A DNA stretch of 64,000 nt from an uncultured Chloroflexia bacterium (GTDB lineage Bacteria > Chloroflexota > Limnocylindria > Limnocylindrales > CSP1-4). The translations under genes were made by a program, and so were the position numbers. The number at the start of each line of letters is the position of its first letter. Position 1 is the stretch's first letter. Below are positions 10,590-20,400 of the stretch, piece by piece. The notes under the pieces were generated by a model. The model made no database searches. It was not told the DNA's origin and saw nothing but the letters and a program-made list of their open reading frames with translations. The DNA is taken from NCBI GenBank assembly GCA_963763775.1, contig CAVXPZ010000001.1:480001-544000 (forward strand), read 5' to 3'.

Positions 10590-11488
10590 AGGCCGGGGTC
10601 ATCGTGCCGCAGGGCTGGACGGGCGAGTACGACGGCTGGGACTCGCGGGCCGCCTGGCAGCGGACGGTCGAGGTGGCGCGCCAGGCCGAGGCCCTGGGCT
10701 TCGAATCGATCTGGCTCTTCGACCACTTCCAGACGTTCCCCGAGCCCACCGACGAGATCACGTTCGAGTCGTTCACGTCGCTGGCCGTCCTGGCCGCCAG
10801 GACATCCCGTGTCCGTCTCGGGCACATGGTCGTGTGCGCCGGGTTCCGCAACCCGGCGCTCGTTGCGAAGATGGTGGCGACCATGGACGTCCTGAGCGAC
10901 GGGCGCATGGAGCTCGGGATCGGGTCAGGCTGGAAGCGCGACGAGTACGTCGCGTACGGCTTCGACTTCGCGAACCGGCCGGAGCGGCTGGCGCGGCTCC
11001 GCGACAGCCTGGAAGTCATCACGAGGATGCTGGCCCCCGGGGCCACCGTCCGGGCGTCCTATCGCGGCGAGCATGCCAGCGTCGAGGATGCGATCAACGT
11101 CCCGAAGCCGCTTCAGGCGCATCTGCCGGTCGTGGTCGGCGGGAACGGTCCCGAGGTCACGTGGCGCCTCGCGGCACGGTTCGCGGACGAGATCAATCTC
11201 GACAAGATGCTGCCCGACGCGGTCGCCGAGGCGCTGCCCGTGATCCGTTCGCGATGCGAGGAGATCGGGCGCGACCCGGCGACGCTCCGCGTGTCAGTCC
11301 ACATCTCGCGCCACGACAAGGTGACGCCGGGCGCAGAACGCGTGGATCGACTCGCCAGGTACCGCGAACTCGGCGTGTCGCGGACGATCGAGTTCCTGCC
11401 GGCCTCCGCGCGCGACGATGACGCACTCGAGGCCTACGCCGAGGACGTCGTGGCCGCCGGCGTGGACCAGGCGGAGTCCCACCGATGA
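10586..11488 (+). CDS. LLM-class, probably F420-dependent oxidoreductase
   Basis: SIWLFDHF, RNPALVAKM, LGIGSGW, VVGGNG; ATGA overlap with kinase. Confidence 0.85.
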   Translation: MKAGVIVPQGWTGEYDGWDSRAAWQRTVEVARQAEALGFESIWLFDHFQTFPEPTDEITFESFTSLAVLAARTSRVRLGHMVVCAGFRNPALVAKMVATMDVLSDGRMELGIGSGWKRDEYVAYGFDFANRPERLARLRDSLEVITRMLAPGATVRASYRGEHASVEDAINVPKPLQAHLPVVVGGNGPEVTWRLAARFADEINLDKMLPDAVAEALPVIRSRCEEIGRDPATLRVSVHISRHDKVTPGAERVDRLARYRELGVSRTIEFLPASARDDDALEAYAEDVVAAGVDQAESHR

Positions 11489-11677
11489 ACCGGACGGGCT
11501 GTCGACCGGCCGAGCCCACGGAACGGGCCGGGCGACCACGGAAAGGAGGGTCGGACGACCAGGGACCATGACCCGGACCGCGACGCAGATCCGATCGAGC
11601 CGTCCAGGCGCCACTCGCCCGGACGTGCGGGGGTGAGGACGAGAACGAAGAACCCGACGGAGGAGGAGAGCACGATC

Positions 11678-12805
11678 ATGTCGATCCGACGAATGGCCGC
11701 GATCTTGTCGATCGCTGCCATGGCATTCGCCGCGTGTAGCAGCGGGAGCGCCAGCAGCGCACCGAGCGCGGCGGCCAGCACCGCTCCCACGACGGCCGCG
11801 AGCACGGCCGCCAGCGTGGCGCCGAGCGCCGCTTCCGCCTGCAAGGTCGGCGTGTCCTGGTTCACGTTCCAGGAAGAGCGCTATGGGCTTCGAGACCAGC
11901 CAGCCCTCAAGGCGGCGGTCGAGGCGGGCGGCGGCGAGTACATCGCCAACGACGCCAAGAACTCGGCCGAGACGCAGACCACCAATGTCGAGACCCTGAT
12001 CGCCCAGGGCGCGAACGTCCTCGTGATCGACGCGTTCGATTCCGAGGCGATCCTGCCCTCGGTCGCCGCGGCGAAGGCGGCAGGCATCCCGGTCATCGCG
12101 TACGACCGGCTCATCGAGGACCCGAGCGTGCTGTACCTGACCCACGACAACGTCGAGGTCGGGCGGATGATGGCTCGCGAGATGATCAAGGCCCTGCCGA
12201 AGGGCAACTACGCGATCATCAAGGGTGACAAGGCCAATCCCAATTCCCTGTTCCTCGATGACGGGTTCAAGGAGATCATCGGCGACGCCGTGAAGGCCGG
12301 TGACATCAAGCTCGCGGCCGAGCAGTTCACCGACAACTGGGACCCGAAAGGCGCCCAGACCGAGATGGAGCAGATCCTGACGTCCGCGGGCAACAAGATC
12401 GACGGCGTGCTCTCCGAGAACGACGGGATGGCCGGCGGCGTGGTCGCCGCTCTCGCCGCCCAGGGCCTCGAGGGCAAGGTCCTGGTCACCGGGCAGGACG
12501 GCGACGCCGCGGCGCTCAACCGCGTGGCGCTGGGGACCCAGCTTGTCGACATCTGGAAGGACAGCAGCGAGCTCGGCACGGCCGCCGGGAACGCGGCGGT
12601 CCAGCTGTGCAAGGACAAGGACGTCACGAAGGTCGCCGGCACGTCCCCCTACACCACGCCGGGCGGGAAGACCGTGTCCTCGATCCTCCTCAAGCCGATC
12701 CCGATCCTGAAGGACAACCTCAACGTCCTGCTCGACGCCAAGTGGATCGACGCGGCCACCCTCTGCAAGGGCGTGACCCCGGGCTCCATCCCGGCCTGCC
12801 CATAG
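11678..12805 (+). CDS. Sugar ABC transporter substrate-binding lipoprotein (XylF-like)
   Basis: Lipobox FAAC, Ala/Ser linker, IPVIAYDRLI, ENDGMAGG, VTGQD, IWKD. Confidence 0.9.
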   Translation: MSIRRMAAILSIAAMAFAACSSGSASSAPSAAASTAPTTAASTAASVAPSAASACKVGVSWFTFQEERYGLRDQPALKAAVEAGGGEYIANDAKNSAETQTTNVETLIAQGANVLVIDAFDSEAILPSVAAAKAAGIPVIAYDRLIEDPSVLYLTHDNVEVGRMMAREMIKALPKGNYAIIKGDKANPNSLFLDDGFKEIIGDAVKAGDIKLAAEQFTDNWDPKGAQTEMEQILTSAGNKIDGVLSENDGMAGGVVAALAAQGLEGKVLVTGQDGDAAALNRVALGTQLVDIWKDSSELGTAAGNAAVQLCKDKDVTKVAGTSPYTTPGGKTVSSILLKPIPILKDNLNVLLDAKWIDAATLCKGVTPGSIPACP

Positions 12806-12830
12806 GCTGACGACCCGCGAGAGCGATCTG

Positions 12831-12865
12831 CGCCCCGCGCTGCGGCATCGCCGCGACGCGGGGCG
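12831..12865. terminator. GC-rich hairpin between convergent genes
   Basis: cgccccgcg ... cgcggggcg inverted repeat. Confidence 0.5.
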
Positions 12866-12874
12866 TCACCGTGT

Positions 12875-13645
12875 CTAGCTCCTCGTGAGATGCAGCAGGC
12901 CGAAGATCCCGCCCTGCGGATCCTCGATCATCGACATCCTCCCGCCCGGGAAGTCCATCGGGGCCAGCATCGCGTGACCGCCGGCCGTAACGGCCTTTGC
13001 GGTCGACGCATCCACGTCGTCGACGCCGAAGTAGACGAGCCAGTAGTTCGGCATCGAGGCGGGCGCCAGCTCGCTCAGCTCGGTCGCGCCGGCGATGCTC
13101 GTGCCGTCGATCTGGAACTCCGTGTAGGGCATCTCCGGACTGTCGCTGGTGTGGAGCTGCCATCCGAAGACGTCGTGGTAGAACGGGAGCCACGTGCCGA
13201 CGGTGCGGGCGTTGAGTTCGGCCCACTCGAACGCGCTCGTCCCCTGCGTCTGGAACCCGCCCATCTCGATGGGCTGCCAGGCCGAGATGACGGCGCCGCC
13301 CGGATCGGCGAAGACCGCCATCCGGCCCTGGTCGCCGACATCGAAGGCGGGCATGACCACCTGGCCGCCGGCGGCGACGACCTTCGCGGACAGCGCGTCC
13401 GCGTCGTCGGTGCCGATGTAGACCGCCCAGGCTGTCGGCTGCTCCGGCGACATCGTCGGGCCGATCCCGGCGACGTCCTTGCCGTCGAGCAGCGCACGTC
13501 CATAGCCGCCGTACTGCGGGTCCGGACTCACATGGATGTCCCAGCCGAAGACCTCGGCGTAGAACGCACGGGCACCTGGAGCGTCTGTCGTCCCGAGGTC
13601 CACCCAGGCTGGCTTGTTCGCGATCGCGGTCGCAGCGTTCGTCAT
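12875..13645 (-). CDS. Two-domain VOC/glyoxalase (Cfp32-like)
   Basis: PAWVDL..FYAEVFGW, GRMAVFADPGG, WAEL, WLVYFGVDD; ggagg RBS. Confidence 0.9.
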   Translation of the reverse strand: MTNAATAIANKPAWVDLGTTDAPGARAFYAEVFGWDIHVSPDPQYGGYGRALLDGKDVAGIGPTMSPEQPTAWAVYIGTDDADALSAKVVAAGGQVVMPAFDVGDQGRMAVFADPGGAVISAWQPIEMGGFQTQGTSAFEWAELNARTVGTWLPFYHDVFGWQLHTSDSPEMPYTEFQIDGTSIAGATELSELAPASMPNYWLVYFGVDDVDASTAKAVTAGGHAMLAPMDFPGGRMSMIEDPQGGIFGLLHLTRS

Positions 13646-13757
13646 GACGGCACCTCCACGTGCTGACGTCGCGCTATCCCGGTCCGGGGTAGGGAAGCGC
13701 CATTGTCCTCCTGTTCCGGCGTCCTGACCTTTCCGCTCCGTTAACGGTCCGCGCCGG

Positions 13758-15218
13758 CTAGGGGCTCCAGAACCCGATCTCGCCGTCGAGGCTGACCGGC
13801 GGTCCGCCATCGGGGAAGAACCCGTCGACGTGGGTCACCCCATCCGCGTCCATCTGGGGGAGCAGGAAGGACGTGCCGTCCGGTGCCCAGAGCCGGTGAC
13901 TCAGCGCGTACTGGTCGAAGTAGGTCAGGAGCTGGTCGACGTACTGCTGGCCCGGGACGACCCGGCGCTGGGACCGGACCTGACCGGTGGCGACGTCGAC
14001 GAAGACCAGCTGGATCGTGTTCTGGCCGTCGGGTGCCGGGGACGCCGCCCCGATGGTCGACACGTTCGAGCCGCCGGCCGCCGGCAGGAGCTTGATCGCG
14101 GCGATCGTGGCGCCGTCCGGCGACCAGGCGAAGCTCACCACGGCGCCGTCGAGGAGCGTCCGTGTCGCCCCGTCCGTGGCGTCGACGAGCCGCAGCGGCC
14201 CGATCGGGATGCCGAGCGGCGTCGCCAGCGGCGCGGTCGCGCCGATCGCCGCGAGGGTGTCCCCGCCGGGGTCGAAGTCCAGAGCCGCGGGGCCGAAGAC
14301 CGGCATCGAGTGCTCGGACGACCCGTCGCGGGCGGCGACGACGACCGCATCCTGACCGGCATCGCCCGCTCGCACGTAGCCCGCGAACGCGCCGTCGGCG
14401 CTCACATCCGGGGACCGGAAGGTGCCGGGCGCCTTGATGGCCGGGGCGGACGCCTTCCCGTCCAACCCGATCTCGCCCAGGAACGCCTGGGCGCCGTCGC
14501 CGACATGGGCCAGCAGATGGCTCGAGTCGATCCAGTCGTAGTAGAAGGGCGATCCCGTCCGGATCACGGCGTCCGAGCCGCTGCCGTCCACCGGCGCACT
14601 CCCGTCGGCGGGCGCGATCCGCAGGGAGATGTCGTTCGCCTCCGCGGCCAGGAACGAGACAGAGGCACCGTCCGGCGTCCACGACAGGTAGAACGGCGCC
14701 GCGGTCGCGTTCTGGAAGATCACGTGGGGTTTGACGAGCGAGGGATCGGTCCCGGCCCCCCCGACGTCGATGACGACGATCGCCGTCTCCGTTGCGCCGG
14801 TTCGGACGGCGGCGACCTTCGAACCGTCAGGCGACCAGGTCGGGAAGCCGTAGGTGCCGTCCTGCGCGTCCGCGAGGAGCTGGGCGTGCCCGCCGGGATC
14901 CGCGATCCACATCGATCCGTCCTGGTGGACCAGTGCGACCGAGCCCGACGCGGCGAGCGCGCGAGGGGCCGCCGCCGACGAGGCGGGGGTCGGCAGCGGC
15001 GTCGGGTTCGCCGCCGCGCTGGAGGTGGATGTGGGTTCGGATGTGGCAGAAGGAGCGCCACTCGCGACCGCGGAGCCCCCTGCGGTGGGGACCGGCGGCG
15101 TCGGTGCACAGGCCACGCCGACGACGGCGAGGATGATGCAGACGGCCGCCAGACGGCCGTCGGCTCGGATCGGCGCACGACGGCGACCGAATCCCACTCC
15201 GATCCCTCGTGCGTCCAT
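13758..15218 (-). CDS. Lipoprotein with TolB/PD40-like beta-propeller repeats
   Basis: VGVAC lipobox, P/S/T linker, repeated W(S/T/A)PDG motifs. Confidence 0.7.
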   Translation of the reverse strand: MDARGIGVGFGRRRAPIRADGRLAAVCIILAVVGVACAPTPPVPTAGGSAVASGAPSATSEPTSTSSAAANPTPLPTPASSAAAPRALAASGSVALVHQDGSMWIADPGGHAQLLADAQDGTYGFPTWSPDGSKVAAVRTGATETAIVVIDVGGAGTDPSLVKPHVIFQNATAAPFYLSWTPDGASVSFLAAEANDISLRIAPADGSAPVDGSGSDAVIRTGSPFYYDWIDSSHLLAHVGDGAQAFLGEIGLDGKASAPAIKAPGTFRSPDVSADGAFAGYVRAGDAGQDAVVVAARDGSSEHSMPVFGPAALDFDPGGDTLAAIGATAPLATPLGIPIGPLRLVDATDGATRTLLDGAVVSFAWSPDGATIAAIKLLPAAGGSNVSTIGAASPAPDGQNTIQLVFVDVATGQVRSQRRVVPGQQYVDQLLTYFDQYALSHRLWAPDGTSFLLPQMDADGVTHVDGFFPDGGPPVSLDGEIGFWSP

Positions 15219-15256
15219 CAACCGACGATACGCGCGAACGGCCACGACGGATGCGC

Positions 15257-15700
15257 CTACGCGTGGATCGCGTCGACGGTGATCCTCCGTGCGTGGATGC
15301 GGCAGATGACCCGGGTCTCCCGATCGGCCTGCGCGGCCGGGTAGATGCCGCCGTAGTAGTGCTGATGTCGCGTGTACTTCCTGGTGAGCACGTCGAGATG
15401 CTCGCGGCCCCCATCCATGACGAGCTCGGCCTCGCCGCGGATCTGGATGAACCGCGCGGTGTCGTCCGGGTCGACGACGAGCAAGCTCACGGCGCGATCG
15501 CCGAGCAGGTTTCGACCCTTCTGTCGTTCAAGCGTCGTGTTCACGCGGACGCATCCGTCACGCATGTCGATCCACACCAGGCTCGACTGCGGCTGCCCAT
15601 CGCGCCCCATCGTCGTGAAGACCGCGACGATGGGACGGCGCACAAGGTCCAGGTGGTCGGCGGGGATGGCGGCTGCGACGGCCGGAGGCGTGCTCGTCAT
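15257..15700 (-). CDS. PPOX-class F420-dependent oxidoreductase
   Basis: TTMGRDGQPQSSLVW, RQKGRNL, FIQIRG. Confidence 0.85.
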   Translation of the reverse strand: MTSTPPAVAAAIPADHLDLVRRPIVAVFTTMGRDGQPQSSLVWIDMRDGCVRVNTTLERQKGRNLLGDRAVSLLVVDPDDTARFIQIRGEAELVMDGGREHLDVLTRKYTRHQHYYGGIYPAAQADRETRVICRIHARRITVDAIHA

Positions 15701-16170
15701 CGTGGTGGCGCCACGGGCGTCGCATCCAGGGCGACCACGTGTGTCGGCCGGATCAGGCACAGGATCGGCACTTCGGTCGTCGCGAACCGCGCCGGGATCG
15801 CATCGCCGAAATAGCTGAGCGATCGCCCGCCGTACTTCGAGGCGATCTCGTCCAGGTGCCGCGCGGCGCCGTCCTCGGTCATCGCGACGACCGTGCCGCG
15901 GATCTCCAGGTATCGGAGCGGTCGTCGGGGGTCGTAGCAGAGCAACGTGACCCGCGGGTTCCGACGCATGTTCCGTTCCTTCTGGAAGCCACGCATCGTA
16001 TTCACGCGGACGAACCCGTCGGCGGTGTCGCACCAGACCACCGAGGTCTGCGGCGAACCGTCGGGCATGACGGTCGTCAGGGCGGCGACCGGCGGGCACT
16101 CGACCAGGTCTCGGTGCGAGGCCGGGATCTCGTTCGGCGCATGCCCACGGAGAAGACCGATCGACGACAT
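15697..16170 (-). CDS. PPOX-class F420-dependent oxidoreductase (tandem paralog)
   Basis: TTVMPDGSPQTSVVW, QKERNMRRNPRV, YLEIRG; ATGA overlap. Confidence 0.85.
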   Translation of the reverse strand: MSSIGLLRGHAPNEIPASHRDLVECPPVAALTTVMPDGSPQTSVVWCDTADGFVRVNTMRGFQKERNMRRNPRVTLLCYDPRRPLRYLEIRGTVVAMTEDGAARHLDEIASKYGGRSLSYFGDAIPARFATTEVPILCLIRPTHVVALDATPVAPPR

Positions 16171-16278
16171 CGCCTCATCACCTTGGCAGGACCGCACCGA
16201 ATCATCCCCGATGAGCTGCCCGACTACGAGTGCCGAAGCGACCGAACGGCACGATCAAGACGACCCTGCGGACAGGGC

Positions 16279-16314
16279 TTGCGTCCGCTGTAGATATACG
16301 TATACTCCTACGTA
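16279..16314 (+). promoter_or_regulatory. Sigma70-type promoter with overlapping palindrome
   Basis: TTGCGT-16nt-TATACT; TATACGTATA palindrome 16295-16304. Confidence 0.6.
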
Positions 16315-16349
16315 TGTCCACCGACGCAGCCGGGAGTTACGATGTCCAC

Positions 16350-16868
16350 GTGCCGAACAAGACCATCTACGTCTCCCAGGGAGACCTCCCCCTCTTCGAC
16401 CGCGCGCAGGAGCTCGCCGGCGACAATCTCTCGGCCGCGATCTCCGCGGCGCTCCGTCGCTATGTCGACATCGAAGAGGGCAAGCGAGAAGGGTTCGACG
16501 AGATCATCGTCCGGGTCGGGATCGGCAAGGGCCGCAAGGTCCGGTTCACCGGCCACCTCATCGGGGAGTGGGTCGACACCTCGTACAGCCGCGTGGACCA
16601 GTACCGGGTCTACCGCGGACGCCGCGGGAAGTTCGTCCTGCACATCGAGCGCAGCGCGGCCTTCACCATGGTCGACGGGGAAGGGAAGCCGGCCGGCTGG
16701 CGCGGCTACCTCGGGATCGGGAACATCAGCTACGGCTCGACGCCCGAGGAGTCCACGCTCGACGTCATCGACTCGCTCGAGGAGTTGCGCGGCCGCGTCC
16801 CGCAACAGCTCTTCGACATGGTCGCGAAGGCGCCCATGGTCCCGGAGCTGGAAGAGCTCGACGTCTAG
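16350..16868 (+). CDS. EXLDI family protein (alternative start 16314)
   Basis: PNKTIYVS N-terminus, NLSAAISAALRRYV, C-terminal EELDV; first gene of an ABC operon. Confidence 0.85.
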   Translation: MPNKTIYVSQGDLPLFDRAQELAGDNLSAAISAALRRYVDIEEGKREGFDEIIVRVGIGKGRKVRFTGHLIGEWVDTSYSRVDQYRVYRGRRGKFVLHIERSAAFTMVDGEGKPAGWRGYLGIGNISYGSTPEESTLDVIDSLEELRGRVPQQLFDMVAKAPMVPELEELDV

Positions 16869-16895
16869 CGCTGGCGCCGTCGCTCGAGGCGCGGC

Positions 16896-17867
16896 GTGAT
16901 GGCCACAGGAACGACGCACCCGGCGATCCGGGCGGTCGGACTCCGCAAGTCGTACGGCACGCAGGTCGTCCTCGACGGCATCGACCTGGAGATCGCGGCC
17001 GGGACCGTCTTCGCGCTGCTCGGTCCGAACGGTGCCGGCAAGACCACGACCGTCCACATCCTCTCGACACTCATCGCGGGCGATGCCGGTGACGTCCGCG
17101 TTGCCGGCCACGATGTCGCCCGTGACCCCGATGCGGTCCGCGAGGTCATCGGCCTCACCGGGCAGTTCTCCGCCGTGGACGCCCTGTTCACCGGTGAGGA
17201 GAACCTCCAGCTGATGGCGGATCTCCGCCACCTCGGCAAGGCCGAGGGGCGGCGACGGGTCGCTGCGGCCCTCGAGCGATTCGGCCTGGTCGAGGCTGCG
17301 AAGAAGCCCGCGTCCTCGTACTCGGGCGGGATGCGACGGCGTCTGGACCTCGCCATGACGCTCATCGGCGACCCGCGGATCATCTTCCTCGACGAACCGA
17401 CAGCCGGGCTGGATCCGCGGAGCCGCCGCGTCATGTGGGAGATCATCCGCGAGCTGGTGGCTGACGGCGTGACCATCTTCCTGACGACGCAGTACCTCGA
17501 CGAGGCCGACCGGCTGGCTGACCGGATCGCCATCCTCGACCACGGCCGGATCGTGGCCGAAGGGACGCCAAGCGAGCTCAAGCGGCTCGCGCCGGCTGGA
17601 TCCATCGAGCTCACCTTCGACGACGCCGAAGCACTCGCGCATGCCGCGGCGGTCCTTGGGGACGGTTCGCCGAACGAGGAGACCCTGACCCTGGAGGTGC
17701 CGGGTGACGCCGGCACCGGGTCGCTGCGGACCCTGCTCGACCGACTCGACGCGGCGGCGATCGAGGTCGGCTCACTCGCGATCCGAACCCCCGATCTCGA
17801 CGACGTGTTCCTGTCGCTCACGGCCGATCCGGCTGATCCGGCTACCCAGGAGGCCAGCGTCCGATGA
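16896..17867 (+). CDS. ABC-2 exporter ATP-binding protein (DrrA-like)
   Basis: GPNGAGKT, YSGGMRRRLDLA, FLDEPT. Confidence 0.92.
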   Translation: MMATGTTHPAIRAVGLRKSYGTQVVLDGIDLEIAAGTVFALLGPNGAGKTTTVHILSTLIAGDAGDVRVAGHDVARDPDAVREVIGLTGQFSAVDALFTGEENLQLMADLRHLGKAEGRRRVAAALERFGLVEAAKKPASSYSGGMRRRLDLAMTLIGDPRIIFLDEPTAGLDPRSRRVMWEIIRELVADGVTIFLTTQYLDEADRLADRIAILDHGRIVAEGTPSELKRLAPAGSIELTFDDAEALAHAAAVLGDGSPNEETLTLEVPGDAGTGSLRTLLDRLDAAAIEVGSLAIRTPDLDDVFLSLTADPADPATQEASVR

Positions 17868-18658
17868 CCAGCTACCCGCTCCTCGTCGCCGACTCCGCGA
17901 CGATGCTCCGTCGAAACCTGCGCCGGATGCGCCGGTACCCCTCGTTGACGTTCTTCATCGCCGGGTTCCCGGTCGTCTTCCTGCTCCTGTTCGTGTTCGT
18001 CTTCGGCGGCACGCTCGGGGCTGGGCTCGGCGGCGTGTCCGGTGGTCGGGCGGAGTACACGGCCTACGTCCTGCCCGGCATCCTCCTGATCACCGTGGCC
18101 GGCGCCGCGCAGGGGACGACGCTCGCGGTCGCCATGGACATGTCCGGCGGCATCATCGCCCGATTCCGCACCATGGCGGTCGCGCGCACGTCGGTCCTGA
18201 CCGGACACATCGTGGGCAGCGTGATCCAGACGATGCTTGCCTTGGCCGTGGTCGTCGTGGTATCGCTGCTGATCGGGTTCCGACCGACGACGGGACCGAT
18301 CGAGTGGATCGAGACGGCGGGCATCCTCGCGCTCGCCGCCCTCGCGATCAGCTGCCTCTCGGTCGCGCTCGGCATGGTCACGGACAACGTCGAAACCGCC
18401 AGCAACCTGCCGATGTTCCTCATCATCCTGCCGTTCCTGAGCAGCGGCTTCGTCCCGACGGACTCGATGCCCGACGGCCTGGGCTGGTTCGCCCAGAACC
18501 AGCCGTTCACCCCGGTGATCGAGACGGTGCGGAGCCTCCTCCTGGGGACCCCGATGGGGGACAGCGGACGGCTCGCGGTGGCCTGGTGCCTCGTCCTGTC
18601 GGTGGGCGGCTATCTCTGGGCCACGCGGTTGTACGAGCGCGTCCGCGCGAGCTCGTAG
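17864..18658 (+). CDS. ABC-2 exporter permease (DrrB-like)
   Basis: Six TM segments, GIIARFRTM, SSGFVP, NQPFTP. Confidence 0.9.
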   Translation: MTSYPLLVADSATMLRRNLRRMRRYPSLTFFIAGFPVVFLLLFVFVFGGTLGAGLGGVSGGRAEYTAYVLPGILLITVAGAAQGTTLAVAMDMSGGIIARFRTMAVARTSVLTGHIVGSVIQTMLALAVVVVVSLLIGFRPTTGPIEWIETAGILALAALAISCLSVALGMVTDNVETASNLPMFLIILPFLSSGFVPTDSMPDGLGWFAQNQPFTPVIETVRSLLLGTPMGDSGRLAVAWCLVLSVGGYLWATRLYERVRASS

Positions 18659-18690
18659 GGATTGCCGCCCCGCGCAGCGAGACGTCAGGG

Positions 18691-18720
18691 TTGACTTATA
18701 TAAGCCGCGCCTTCTAGACT
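18691..18720 (+). promoter_or_regulatory. Promoter plus palindromic operator of arsR-SRPBCC operon
   Basis: TTGACT-18nt-TAGACT just before the ATG; CTTATATAAG palindrome 18695-18704. Confidence 0.7.
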
Positions 18721-18724
18721 ACCC

Positions 18725-19090
18725 ATGATGCACGCGTTCGATGTCCTCGGCGACCCGGTCCGGCGACGGATCCTTGTGCTCCTCGCCGGCGGGGAGCATG
18801 CCTCGGGAGATATCGCGGCCATCGTGCAGCACGAGTTCGGGATCTCGCAGCCGGCGGTCTCGCAGCATCTCAAGGTGCTGCGGGAGAGCGGGTTCGCGAC
18901 GGTCCGGCCCGACGGCGCCCGGCGGCTCTATGCGGTCGATCCGGCGCCACTCCACGCGGTCGACGACTGGCTCGACCCGTTCCGGCACTTCTGGACACAG
19001 CGCCTCGACTCTCTGGCCACCGAGCTGGCACGCGGCAGTCGAAGCCGTCGCGCGGCGACGGACACACTCAAGGAGGGACCTATCCGATGA
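18725..19090 (+). CDS. ArsR/SmtB family regulator
   Basis: AFDVLGDPVRRRIL, ISQPAVSQHLKVLRE. Confidence 0.9.
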   Translation: MMHAFDVLGDPVRRRILVLLAGGEHASGDIAAIVQHEFGISQPAVSQHLKVLRESGFATVRPDGARRLYAVDPAPLHAVDDWLDPFRHFWTQRLDSLATELARGSRSRRAATDTLKEGPIR

Positions 19091-19737
19091 TCGATATCGT
19101 CCGCGAGATCGAGGCCGTCCAGCGCGAGGTCGGCAGCGGCCGGATCGCGGCCGGCGAGGGCCGGACCGTCCGCCTCCGCCGGACCTACGACGCGCCGATC
19201 GACGACGTCTGGGATGCCGTGACGACCGCGGAGCGGATCACCCGATGGTTCCTGCCGATCAGCGGTGACCTGCATGTGGGCGGGCGCTACCAGCTCGAAG
19301 GCAATGCCGGGGGCGAGGTCCTGGTCTGCGAGCCACCGCACCGGTTCCGCGTGACCTGGGCATATGGCGAGGTCACGAGCCCGTCCGACCTCTCCGAGCT
19401 CGAGGTGCGACTCACCTCGCCGGGGGAGGGGATGACCACGCTGGAACTCGAGCACACGGCGATCGTCCCCGAGGATGCCTGGGCCATGTTCGGCCCCGGT
19501 GCCGTCGGCGTCGGCTGGGACGGGGGCCTGCTCGGACTGTCGCTCCATCTTCAGGGCCTGTCCGGCGGCGATCCCGTCGCGTGGCAGCTGTCCGAGGAGG
19601 GTCGCGCGTTCAACACTCGATGCAGCGTGGCCTGGGGCCTCGCGAACGAGGCGGCCGGCGCGGACCACGACGCGGCGGCGAGCGCCGTCGCGAACACCAC
19701 GGCGTTCTATGCGCCGGAGCCCGGCGCCTCATCCTGA
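19087..19737 (+). CDS. SRPBCC/AHSA1 domain protein
   Basis: RTYDAPIDDVWDA..RWFLP, GAVGVGWD. Confidence 0.85.
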   Translation: MIDIVREIEAVQREVGSGRIAAGEGRTVRLRRTYDAPIDDVWDAVTTAERITRWFLPISGDLHVGGRYQLEGNAGGEVLVCEPPHRFRVTWAYGEVTSPSDLSELEVRLTSPGEGMTTLELEHTAIVPEDAWAMFGPGAVGVGWDGGLLGLSLHLQGLSGGDPVAWQLSEEGRAFNTRCSVAWGLANEAAGADHDAAASAVANTTAFYAPEPGASS

Positions 19738-19753
19738 CCGTCCCGGGCGTCGC

Positions 19754-20347
19754 CTAGGGCCGGCTGTCGAGGAAGGCCGTGTCCTCCGGTCCGAACGCGA
19801 GACCCGTCCGCTCCCACTCGGCGTAGCGCATGACCAGGCCGTCGTCGTCGACGGTCAGCTCGGCGGCGAAGTCACCGCTCGAGTAGCGGTACGTGTCCGC
19901 ATCGAGGCGCGCGTACGTCTGGGCCGCCATGACGACGTCGAACGCCGGGAAGCGGACCCAGGCGGCCTTGATCGTCGACGAGGCACCGACCACGAGCCGC
20001 AGCCGGCGGATCGGCAGGGTGTTGGTCGAGGGGCTGCAGCCGAGGTCGATGTCCGTACAGCCCTTGAGCGCCTTCGAGGGCGCGCCGTCGACGCTCCACT
20101 CGCCCTTGGCCGTCCGCTCGACGCGCAGCGACCGCTGGTCGAATCCGCGCGTGTCGCGAACGTGGACCGCGGTCGTCAGGCCGGCGGCGTCGGCGAGGAC
20201 CTGGTATTCGATGCGGACGGGCACGCCGCCATCCGATCCGAGCACGGTCCCGATGAGCGACAGCCCGCTGGCCCGCACGGTGAACGTGCAGTGCTCGTCG
20301 GCGAGGATCTCGTCCGTCCGTCGCCAGGCGATCCGTCTCGTCGTCAC
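19754..20347 (-). CDS. Putative glycolipid-binding domain protein
   Basis: GCTDIDLGCSPSTNTLPIRRL, QTYARL, LTVDDDGLV. Confidence 0.8.
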   Translation of the reverse strand: MTTRRIAWRRTDEILADEHCTFTVRASGLSLIGTVLGSDGGVPVRIEYQVLADAAGLTTAVHVRDTRGFDQRSLRVERTAKGEWSVDGAPSKALKGCTDIDLGCSPSTNTLPIRRLRLVVGASSTIKAAWVRFPAFDVVMAAQTYARLDADTYRYSSGDFAAELTVDDDGLVMRYAEWERTGLAFGPEDTAFLDSRP

Positions 20348-20400
20348 GCCACCAGTCTAGGCGCGCCTCGTCGCCGCCGATGCGGACGCCATGACCGTGG

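Noticed and set aside
11489-11677. Riboswitch upstream of the sugar-binding protein
   Set aside because: No recognisable aptamer consensus or convincing nested structure by eye.
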